Shown here: positions 13,260 through 23,132 of the stretch, in pieces | How positions within the stretch are numbered: position 1 is the first letter of the stretch | How the letters are laid out: each line of letters opens with the position of its first letter | Assembly (NCBI GenBank): GCA_013115125.1 | Contig: JABANN010000011.1 | Coordinates: 124,001 to 153,629 of the forward strand | From: Perkinsus olseni | Taxonomy: Eukaryota | Direction of reading: 5' to 3' | DNA length: 29,629 nucleotides | Made by a program: the position numbers and the translations under genes | The notes under the pieces: model-generated | What the model was told of the DNA's origin: nothing | The model's input: only the letters and a program-made list of their open reading frames with translations | Database searches by the model: none

Positions 13260-15089
13260 TCACTTATCACTCGCTGTAGCAGCCGTGCTCGTCGACGCCC
13301 CGCCGTCGTCGATTCCGAGAATCGCTCTTTTCCGCCTCGACCGGATTCGTCTCAACTCGGACTTGGCTTCGAGCAAGTCGGCCACAGTTCGTTCCTCAAA
13401 CCACCGCAAAAGAGGTGCTTTCAGCAGAAGCTTCGGTGAACGGACATACCTGCGGGGAAGAATTGGCGCGTGGGCAAAAAACTGTGGTAACAAGGTCTAG
13501 GCTAAACCATCAATCGCAGACAACAGCGGGCGAGGAACACCGATGCTATCTGCTCGAGGGAGCTGTAGCGCTCGAGTCGGTTGCCATGCTCAGTACTACA
13601 TGTGGTAAACTCTCCACATTTTCCACGCCACAAAAATGCCGACGAGGACATCGACTGTGTAGTGGAAATGCGTCGCTATCACCACCTAAGAAGAGATGCT
13701 GACTCTTAAGACTCCGAAGTAGAGCGGAGCTCACCAGATATCCAGCGACGGCCAAAATTGGGCAGAGAACCTTCGGTACGAAGTAGCCTAGGAGCCACGC
13801 AGCGCACGCCAAGTAGTCACGGTTGAACCTGAGCCCATCACTTCCGTACAGTGGTGAACGCAAAACACAGGAACGCGTCCATGCTAAAAGGGGAATACGC
13901 GGGCGGCTGATAAAGCCTGCCGAAAGTGGCGCGAAATTACTAGTGTCCCCCGTCTCACCCGGTTCTTCGCTTGGCATTCCACATCCCAGTTGATCGTACG
14001 GTAACGTATGCCCGTGGCGGTAGGAAATGACGACAGTATTCGTTCCAGATAAGTGCCATTATCGTAATGTTGGCAGCATGACCTACACAGACGCCATAGT
14101 CGCGCGCCTTCGCGGCGTGAATAGTTAATACCGCTGAAGAGCACATCTCCGCAGGTAGCGCGAGTCCCGCCCATAACAGCCAATGCCTCAAAAAAGATGT
14201 TCTCGTCTTGCCTATGCTCATTGACGCAGTGGCTGTAAGGATTGGGCAACAAGGTAGCCTGCAAGAATGAGGGTAACGGTGGAGGGAATGCGGTAAAGCC
14301 AATGGGGAGTTCCGCTGAAGATTTGCCCCAGCGAGAGAGGGAGCGATCGGATAGCAATCCACTAGCCCGAGGTGTGTTGACGCAATTGCAACGCTAGCCG
14401 GGAATCGGCCGAACCCGCCATCCAGAGACGTGTAGCACACTACGAAGGATTCACGGAAGAGGCGATCCCGTGCCGAACCCACCCCTATCGTTATGCTCCT
14501 GAGCAGGAACACAGATCCTTGAATAGCACAAAAACGCTTCAGCACTTTGATCCTAAGAAAAAAGCCAGAAGGTAAAATCACGTCAAATTTCATTGCCCTG
14601 CATGCACTACCTCTGCGGGTGCAGAAGCATGAATGCAACGAGCGTGCTGCCAAGGATAAAAGTTTGCCACTGATCGGCCAGATGGGGTTCCTACACCACG
14701 ACCAGCAATAAGAGCAACCCACCCATCGCCATTGCCGGCACCCGTGAGCCTACCTTGATATAGGGTAGGATAGCGAAACCAGCGTCAGGTAGAGGGTCCC
14801 AGTGCCTATCCCCGAAGTGCTGCTGAGCGTACAACCGATCTATGTAGACTTGGACCTGAAAGGATACGAGAGTGTGCACGACCGTAGAAATGGATGGGGC
14901 CAGCAGCAATGTTAAGAGAGTCGGTTTCCTGGGCCAGTGTACTACCATGCAATTCCAAACAGAGCAGGAGAAGAGCCAGACCGCCGCCGCAAGGAACTGC
15001 AGGGAGAAGGCCTCCCGTAATGGGAGGAACACCCATCGCAACACATCGGTAAAGATTCCCGATGAGGGTCGTCGGGTTAGAGAGACCAT
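13260..15089 (-). CDS. Sphingolipid synthase (sphingomyelin/EPC/IPC synthase family), multi-exon
   Basis: Motifs D1 PLPDAGF (~14790), D2-region RFCAIQGSVFLLRSITI, D3 CGDVLFSG/H (14131-14153, His in the next exon) and D4 HFHYTVDV (13647-13670), plus several hydrophobic segments. The 3' end may extend by splicing to ~12914. Confidence 0.9.
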
Positions 15090-15645
15090 GTTTACAAACA
15101 GTCACGCCTGAATTTCCAGACACCAGTCGATCCTATCAATCCCGACACAGGCAGTCCGATGTGCGTCTCGGCGTCCGCGCAGATTAGGCGGTTGACGCGC
15201 ACGCTGAACGCGCGGGCAACCCAAGATCGATTCCACGGCTCGTCATTTTTCTAGCATTTTCTTGGACTAGCAAGGAATGGCGTACTAACAGCCGAAAGAA
15301 TTCATCGGTATTTTTGCAGCGGTCGACTGTCGCCATTGGCCACACTGGCCCTCTGCCTACTCGAGTAGACAGGGCAGTCAGTCTCACGCTCATCTCGTTC
15401 AAGGTGTACTAGCCTCAGTGCCTGCTTTCCGCTCGGTTATGTCCTTACCACTGCGCCTAATTCTGAAGTTGCAAAGGTCCGGCGTAGAAGGCGGAACGAA
15501 ATTGTTCGTACGACCTCAACCGGTTTGCGTGGCGCATGAGCATCCGATTCTGAAATGTGAGTCTCAGGATTTTCACGCTGGGAAAGAGTGATCACAAAGG
15601 AGTGTTACTTTTCGCTCGGAGTTCAGTTTGCTTTTCCTCCCTTCA

Positions 15646-16464
15646 ATGGTATTGGGCGCGGAGCATCTCGCTGCTGATATTCTGGCGGTGCAGCGAGAGC
15701 TCGGCGATGATACCCCGCTTGAAATGCTCCACTTGGTCATGGGCTACATTGGTCCTCGGAAACCACAGAAACTGAGTCGGGAGGGTCGAGTCAGGTGCCA
15801 GCAGTGTCACGAAGGGAGCTGGTGGCACCGAAAAGTCGAGGCCCACAAAGCTCACGCTTTCGACGCTGTTCGTCAACGCCACTACAAGATTAAGGAGGGC
15901 TCGGTCGTCAGCGAGCAGGCTTCGTGTTGCCGAACGGTGAAAGTCGGGGACTCTGGCATCCATTGGGGCATTCTTGCCTGTAACAAGGATCGACTCTATC
16001 TCGGCATCGACCACGACGCGGCCGACAGATCTGTGAAGGAAGTCGACTTGGGTAGCGGTAAGAGTCGGGCAACTCTTAAGCCCGAATTCAGCCCTGCAGT
16101 CTTTGATGTCGCTGATCGCGGTGGCAAGGGTCTACGGTTTACTTACCTGGATCCTTGCCAGCGCAACTGCGTGTTTGTTGCTGATGAAGGCTGTGAGAAG
16201 GAGATGCGAATTAGCTTGCCTTGTGTCAGCGGCTCCGTGCGTTTTATTACCCCCGATGTAATTTGCGCAAGTGTCTCCCGTCACTACGAGCTCAGATTGG
16301 CGCTGGTTGACATCGGCGATAATGAGACACCCACGTACCTGGACGACTTTGATCTGGGTGTCGCTGGTATGTATATCAAGGGCATGGAGATGAGTCCTTG
16401 CGGTCACGTCCTTCAAGTAAGAACTAGGGAGGAAACGCTTGAGATTGGCGTAGAGTACGCCTGA
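15646..16464 (+). CDS. Hypothetical protein with weak N-terminal F-box-like motif and beta-rich C-terminus
   Basis: Uninterrupted 272-aa ORF from ATG 15646 after a pyrimidine tract; TPLEMLHLVMGYI resembles the F-box start LPxE(I/L)LxxIxxYL; AT-rich sequence follows the stop. Confidence 0.6.
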   Translation: MVLGAEHLAADILAVQRELGDDTPLEMLHLVMGYIGPRKPQKLSREGRVRCQQCHEGSWWHRKVEAHKAHAFDAVRQRHYKIKEGSVVSEQASCCRTVKVGDSGIHWGILACNKDRLYLGIDHDAADRSVKEVDLGSGKSRATLKPEFSPAVFDVADRGGKGLRFTYLDPCQRNCVFVADEGCEKEMRISLPCVSGSVRFITPDVICASVSRHYELRLALVDIGDNETPTYLDDFDLGVAGMYIKGMEMSPCGHVLQVRTREETLEIGVEYA

Positions 16465-16779
16465 TATACTGACATTGTTGAGCTCTATGATAGGGCCCCC
16501 ATTATATATAGTTTGCTATTTTCGTTGCATCGCGCTGCTCCACGGTCGTGGCTCCGTTCACTGCGAACGGCCGGAACGCCTGCTGGACGAGGGTCTGCAG
16601 TATCGCCAGCCGCTTGTACACTGTCACTGGAGATGAGTGGGCGTGACTATTCTACTGTGTGTTCTCTTTTTGTGCATTATGGATGATTTCCTAGATCTCC
16701 TCCACGGTGTTGTGCCAGCGCTGTGCGTCCGGTTCTCATTGCCATTCCTTTACTAGAGCAGATTGTTTTTCCTCTTACG

Positions 16780-17077
16780 ATGGCTAAAACCCGAAACGCG
16801 CGTGCAATAACCAACAAGACGACAACATTTGACGGCGATAAGGCTCGTGACAGGAACCCGCACGATCGTAGACGTGCGTCTAACCAGCGAATGGTCGTGA
16901 CCACTACGCCCGTAGGCTTGGACTGCAGTGATTCCCTAGTGCACTTCCTCCTTTCAGGTTGAAACGACCACTACTACAATGAGCAGGTCGTCAGTGACTA
17001 CGACAACGACTGAGACTCGCGATGGAGTTGTCATCTCGACCACGACCACCACGGTGAGGTCTTCTGAGAAGCAGTAA
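16780..17077 (+). CDS. Small Thr-rich protein (83 aa), two exons
   Basis: Exon 16780-16911, intron 16912-16957 (gtaggc...ctttcag, phase 0), exon 16958-17077: MAKTRNARAITNKTTTFDGDK...VVTTTP/VETTTTTMSRSSVTTTTTETRDGVVISTTTTTVRSSEKQ*. Confidence 0.55.
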
Positions 17078-17410
17078 GTGATTCGCGAGCTTGTAGTTCC
17101 TTGTAGTCTGATAGTTTTATCATACAGTTTTATTAATATTCTCTGCTACTCGGACTCTGATTGAGTTGGAAGTCTTCAGAAATTTTGAAAGTGTTCCTTG
17201 CGCATGCGTGCTAGGAACTTGTGTCCAGCTGTCTCGGAGGAGGACGAAGCTTTGTGTAGCGGGATGGAGCCTAGGGAGTCCGAGTTTCCGGCAGGTTTGG
17301 CCTGGAAGGAGCCTCTCGTGCTGTCTTGTTGGCGCTTCGTCGTGAGATTGTTATCGGCCATTCGTGTGAGGGGTATGGGTGTTCTCAGTCAGTCACCTTG
17401 CCTTTCCTTC

Positions 17411-20155
17411 ATGGCCCCTACACCGATCCGTACCGCGTCCGACTACACCACCACTCCTGTGTTCAAGAGAAACAGCCTCTTCGTTAGTGAGGACACCGTG
17501 GACACTAGGTAGCTCCCGGGCCGGCTTTGATTCCCTCCCCTCGAGACTTTGTTCGGAAGCTTCCTTCCGAACGTCTTGACGCCCGCTCGCCTTGCTATGC
17601 CTGATTCCACAGGTATGTGGTCGTGAGTGGTGGCTCCGTCTCCGGCTTGGGCAAGGGTACGGCTATCAGCAGCCTTGGAGTTGTGCTCAAGAGCTATGGG
17701 TAGGCATCCGCTCCAATCCTCTGACAAAACCTTCTCGTGATAACCTCCCGCGCACGGCGTCCTCCTCCCTCGATCAGCTACCGAGTCACCGCAATCAAGA
17801 TCGATCCTTATCTGAATGTCGATGCCGGTACCATGAGCCCTTACGAGCACGGTGAAGTGTAAGAAACGCCCCTCTCCTCTTCGAAATGAGCTAGCTTCAA
17901 CCTTAGATATGTCCTCGACGACGGTGGCGAGGCTGATCTCGATCTCGGAAACTACGAGCGCTTCCTCGATATCACCCTTTCCTCCGCGCACAATATCACC
18001 TCCGGCAAGATCTACGAAAAAGTTATCAAGTAAGAAAATCAGCTACTCGCAGCCACGGTCGAATTAGAATTCCTCAGACGCGAGAGGACCGGAGATTATC
18101 TCGGAAAGACAGTTCAGATGATCCCCCATGTGACGGATGCCGTTCAGGACTGGATCCTCCAGGTTGCCGCTCAGCCGACCAGCAAGTACGTCCCGCCTCT
18201 GGGAAGCCTCTTGCGTAGCACCACCTTCGACTTTAGATCTCCCGGTGCTCCTCACATCTGTCTCATCGAGCTTGGCGGTACTGTCGGTGATATTGAGAGT
18301 GCGGTCTATTTGGAAGCTCTGCAGCAGTTCCAACACCGTAAGAACAATACCACACTTCCACCATCACCCGTGAGCATCCATCCTTTAATCTGGCTCACTG
18401 TAGGTGCTGGTATCGAGAACGTGTGTATGATTCATGTTGGCCTCGTTCCTGTGATGGGTGTCGTCGGCGAGCAAAAGACTAAGTAATAACGTCATCCCAT
18501 CGACTCTGGATTATCACCTCACGCGTTAGGCCTTGCCAACACTCTGTGAAGCTACTCCGTGAGGCTGGAATCAAGCCCGACTTCCTCTTTTGTCGCTCTG
18601 AGCAGCCGCTACATGATGAGACCAGGTGCGTCATCGTCCGTTGCCAATTTCTGTGCATCAAGCGCGCTTCAGGGCTAAGCTGGCTCTCTTCTGTCAAACC
18701 CCCGAGGATCATGTCATCAGTCTTCATGATGTTGCCAACGTCTACAAGGTGAGCCTTCCAGATTCTTGGCGCTGTGGGAGTATCTGACCGGTGCATGTCC
18801 ACGTTGGCAGGTTCCCCTGATGTTGGACGAGCAAAATGTCGGCAAGCTGGTCTTGGAGCGCTTGCATCTGGATGTCGATGGCCCGACCAGAACCATCAAG
18901 AACGGCCTACCTCCGTCACCGGCCATCAACACCACCACGGTGGATTCGTCTTCCCCTGCCAACTTGACCGATTGGAGGGCCCTTGCGGAGAAGGCTGAGA
19001 AGATCAGTGAAGATGTAAGCGAGTGTCTAGTGGGCATGTGGTAGCGCGTTGATTACCTCGTCATCGGTCAGGTTGTCATTGGTGTCGTTGGCAAGTACAC
19101 CGGCCTCCAGGACTCTTATCTCTCTGTTATCAAGTCACTGAAGCACGCCTCTATCGACGCCGGAGTCCGTCTGGTACGTCTCTCTGTTGCTATGCGTAGT
19201 AGTTAGAGCGTATTTTCTATCAGGTCATCGAGTGGATTGAGGCCTCCGACTTGGAGCCCAACCAACGTACTCACGCCCCTGAGCGCTACGACTCTGCTTG
19301 GAAGCGTCTCAAGGAGTGCAATGGTATCCTGTGCCCTGGTGGCTTCGGAGACCGCGGTATCGAAGGCAAGGCTCTCTGCGCAAGGTGAGCTTTAGTGCAC
19401 GGATCTTCGCTCCGCCTGAGTTCCTTCCGTTCAGATATTGTCGCGAGACCAATACCCCTTACTTCGGTATCTGTTTGGGCCTCCAGACTGCTGTCATATC
19501 GTACTGCCGCGATGTGCTCGGCCTCGAGGATGCCAACTCCGCCGAGTTCGATCCCTCGGCCAACACTCAGTGCTGCGTGTTCATGCCCGAGGTCTCCACC
19601 ACAGCCATGGGAGGTGGGTTCGGGTTTGCTGGGTTTGATCGCGTTGTGGAACCATTTTGCATCTTAGGTACCATGAGGCTCGGATCCCGTGTCACTATAA
19701 TCAAAGACCCCGATAGCCTTGCCTACAAACTCTATGGCGGCCAGCCTGTTGTCTATGAGAGACACCGTCATCGCTATGAGGTGAGGATCCTTGACGCTCA
19801 GTCTCTGTGTATCGACTCGGCGCTCAGGTGAACCCTCAGCTGGTTCCTCAACTCGAGGCTGCGGGTATGCGCTTTGTCGGGATAGACGAACGTGGCCAGA
19901 GGATGGAGATCGCAGAGATCCCCTCTCTCGATTTCTTCCTCTGTACGCAGTTCCATCCTGAGTTCAAATCCAGGCCGATGCGCCCTAGGTGAGGCCTATC
20001 GATCCGGATGGAGATTCGTGGCCGTATAGGCTCTCATTAATTTCAGTCCTCCATTCCTTGGGTTCGTTCTTGCCGCATCCGGCAAGCTGAGTTCCCGCTT
20101 GGAGGCCGACGGTGGCTTCTTGAAGCCTGGCTGCGGATGGCTAGCGCATCATTGA
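17411..20155 (+). CDS. CTPS: CTP synthase, multi-exon
   Basis: [77 protein letters not shown], glutaminase nucleophile [13 protein letters not shown] and QFHPEF; many ~50 nt GT-AG introns; TGA at 20153-20155. Confidence 0.97.
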
Positions 20156-20281
20156 GTATGCCCTTGACCACTCTATTAAACCCGTCGGGTTTTCACGTCA
20201 GACTAAACACATCTGTATCGATTATGTTAATGTTTCCATGTAAGGAGAGTATCTCAGGGGTAGCGCTCTTTCTCAATTCAG

Positions 20282-20640
20282 TAGCACATTCAGCTGGGAA
20301 GAAGCACACTTGTGTTAAGTTGGCTGGACGGAACAGCTGGCTCGCGCTCGCGGTGGAACCCGCACCTTCTCCTCGCAGTAGGACAGCATTTCCGAGGGGG
20401 CAGGAGTTGTAGTAGCAGTTCCGCTGTGGCACAGGCCACCCCCCCGTCTAGAGTTCGCTCATTAGAGGAGGAATGTGCTATTCATGATCACCCGCAATCG
20501 CACTGCTCTCGGCAGCCGCCCTCTGATGAGTGATATTCTCGACCTGTACATGTGATATCAGCGTTGTTGCAACCTCCATTGAGCCAGGCAATTCAGACCT
20601 TCACTAAGCCACCCGCTGAGATGCAGACTTGAACACACGT
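20282..20640. ncRNA. Candidate structured non-coding RNA of unknown class
   Basis: Nested long-range complementarities and several local hairpins in a region with no convincing gene (details in findings). Confidence 0.35.
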
Positions 20641-20891
20641 CTTACTCTCAGAGTAATAATATGCAGTTCACAGTCAAACCTTGTCTCGAGCGGCAGACTC
20701 AGGGCCGGGCTCTCATGGTCTCAGCAACTCGATAAAGTGGATGTACGTCCATATAAAACGCCCGATCGAGCACGAATCAAGTCATTCTGGTGCGATTTTG
20801 GACCTACACACCGTGTATTTGTGCAAATCACAGGCGAATATTCACATGCACACAACAAGTGCAAATACTCCGAGCTTTACAGGTTCTCAGC

Positions 20892-20964
20892 AGCAGCTTG
20901 GCGCAGTGGATAGCGTGTTGGGCTCATAACCCAAAGGTCCCTTGATCGAAACAAGGAGCTGCTA
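20892..20964 (+). tRNA. trnM: Initiator tRNA-Met (CAT), copy 1
   Basis: Cloverleaf with acceptor AGCAGCT/AGCTGCT (A1:U72), anticodon arm TTGGG-CTCATAA-CCCAA with three G:C pairs, initiator T-loop ATCGAAA, followed by TTTTT. Confidence 0.97.
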
Positions 20965-21016
20965 TTTTTCATTATTGCCGTTGATGCTGTCGGAATGCGC
21001 TGGCAAGTTCTTCAAG

Positions 21017-21067
21017 AGCAGCTAGGGGCAATGGATAGCGTGTGGGGCGCATAACTCAAAGGTCCTT
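21017..21067 (+). pseudogene. Truncated, mutated initiator tRNA-Met copy
   Basis: AGCAGCTAGGGGCAATGGATAGCGTGTGGGGCGCATAACTCAAAGGTCCTT aligns to the first ~50 nt of the flanking tRNAs with several substitutions; T-loop and 3' acceptor strand are missing. Confidence 0.85.
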
Positions 21068-21133
21068 TTGGCAACCTGTCATTTTGTGTCAACATCGAGG
21101 AGGTTAGCGATGTACCGTTGAATGGTTGTCACG

Positions 21134-21206
21134 AGCAGCTTGGCGCAGTGGATAGCGTGTTGGGCTCATAACCCAAAGGTCCCTTGATCGAAACAAGGAG
21201 CTGCTA
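21134..21206 (+). tRNA. trnM: Initiator tRNA-Met (CAT), copy 2
   Basis: Identical to 20892-20964; followed by TTTCTTT. Confidence 0.96.
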
Positions 21207-21736
21207 TTTCTTTGTCGACAGTGCCGAGATTTGCATACGCTATAAACATGACAGGGGAGGACCTGCTCAAGTTGCACACACCTTGCGTCATTCACCTCGT
21301 GAAGATGTAACAGCCGCTTGAATGTACGTATTGCCTACTACATACTTACCAGTTACGACCCCCCACTCCGGCGATGTCAAGCCTCACCCACGAAGGCCGT
21401 GTCACCAAATCACTCTAGAGTAGTAGAGATATGCACGCACGGACGCCCAGAAGAGCTCTAAGATCGTATCACCTCCGAATTAGACTACCCGACAATCATT
21501 GGCGCCGTGCATGCCCTCTTCCCATCACCCAATAGTCATCAAGTGTTCAGCCCCCCATCACCATCCGACTTGAAATTTGAAAACGCTACACTATCTACAA
21601 AAATCGCTGGAAACCGGCTGAGCACGACTGGCAAAATGAATCTGCACGGAGTAGACTCGGTGCCTGTCGTCTCCTTTCGTCAAGGGGGTGAGGGTTTGAC
21701 TGATTACGTTCCAGCATAGCTGTCGCAGGTCTAGAT

Positions 21737-22976
21737 TTACTCCTCCATAGCGCGAGCGCGAGCAACGCGGATCTTCTCGTAGACACGCTGCTTCCTCTGC
21801 TTGAGGTTGAGCCTCTTGGAGCGAGTGTAGTTCTTGCCACTGGGAGTGATGACAGTGTTGCCCTTGCGGACGACACCGGGGTGGGCCTCCTTCTTGGGAG
21901 CGGGGTCGGGGTTGGCGCGGATGGCAGCGTGGCACTTGGTGTAGGCCTCCTCCAAGTTGTCGGCGTTCAAGCCAGCCTTGATGTAGGTGGCGAAGTGCTT
22001 CTCGTACTCCTCAGGCTCATCCTCCTGCATCTGCGTCATGTACTCGGCGATATGGTTACCGAAGATACGATCACGGTGGACCTCAGCGTCGTACTCGCCC
22101 TCTCCCTTTCCATCCTCGGGAGCCTCGTAGCCAGGGAAACGCTTGGGGTTATGGGGGATATCAAGTCCACCATCAGCGGCACCCTTCATGGCACCGAAGA
22201 CACGAGCACCGACGGTAGTACGGACGAGACCGACATCGAGGACGCACTTGAAGGGCCTCTTCTCTCCCTCGTACTCCTCATCAGCCACGTAGTACTCCTC
22301 ACCATCAATCTCCTTCTGCCCCTCGAAAGTGGAGTCGAGACCGAGCTTCTTGAGGGTACGACGGGCAACGAGGAGACCAGTGGCGTAAGCGGCGGCGTAG
22401 TTCTTAAGACCAACGGTGATACCGTAGTTCTTGAGCTCAGTGGACTCAGCGGCAGCAAGGACGCGATCACCAGTGATAGTGGCGTAGATGATTTGGCAGA
22501 TGACCTTGGTGTTGGAGATACGGACAACAAGACGGTACTTGGGAGTGTTGTACTTGTTCTTGTCCTGCTTCACCATACGGCGACGCTGGAAGTAATCAGT
22601 CTTGCCCTCACGTCTTCGGCGATACTTGGTTTGATAACGCTTATGGTACGCCTTATTCTTATAGACCTTGACAAAAGCCTGAGACAACAGAACAGCACAC
22701 GACAAGATTAGATCAGTCAACATACTCTACATCACGTCAAATCCGAACAAGCCAAGACCCGCGAGCGGCGGAAGAGTTCAACACATTCGAGAACACTTCC
22801 CCTCTAATCAGCTACTACACTGAGGGCCCATCAACGAGATACTACTTTACGTCAGAGGTACGCCATGATTCGTACGAAAGTTACACACTCACGACCGACG
22901 CGACGGGCCGAAGCCACAAGGGTTATTTCAGGAGTCAAAGCAAGAGCCCATCCATCCTTTCCCATCGTATTACCAT
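21737..22976 (-). CDS. RPL5: 60S ribosomal protein L5 (uL18)
   Basis: ATG-only coding exon 22976-22974 (ATG/gtaata), intron 22973-22679, exon 22678-21737: AFVKVYKNKAYHKRYQTKYRRRREGKTDY...GLKNYAAAYATGLLVARR...GARVFGAMKGAADGGLDIPH. Confidence 0.97.
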
Positions 22977-23041
22977 GTTTGAATCGACAGCGAAGTTGAC
23001 GAGTCTGAGTTAGGGTGTGCACGGCCAGCACCGATTTCAAA

Positions 23042-23059
23042 ATCGATCACGTGATCGAT
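23042..23059. promoter_or_regulatory. Perfect 18-bp palindrome ATCGATCACGTGATCGAT in the RPL5/RPS7 divergent spacer
   Basis: Exact self-reverse-complement with a CACGTG core, nearly equidistant from the two start codons (22976 and 23133). Regulatory role is inferred. Confidence 0.65.
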
Positions 23060-23132
23060 AGCCGGTATTTTTGCGCCAGAGCTGACCACCTGTATGCCTC
23101 GGCAGGATTGCTACTGAGATCCGTCACGTCGC

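Noticed and set aside
17176..17361. 61-aa minus-strand ORF upstream of CTP synthase
   Set aside because: No motif or splice support; could be a small gene but cannot be supported from sequence alone.
20523..20545. CTGATGAG, a possible hammerhead ribozyme core
   Set aside because: Followed by GACC rather than the required GAAA, and stems I/III are not evident.
21342..21352. ATACTTACCAG, resembling the U1 snRNA 5' end
   Set aside because: No U1 stem-loop I/II loop motifs or Sm site visible downstream.
21881..22711. 276-aa plus-strand ORF
   Set aside because: Antisense shadow of codon-biased RPL5; no independent features.
22864..22866. Alternative RPL5 start codon with a GC donor
   Set aside because: A canonical ATG/GTAATA donor exists at 22976-22974 and gives the same frame.
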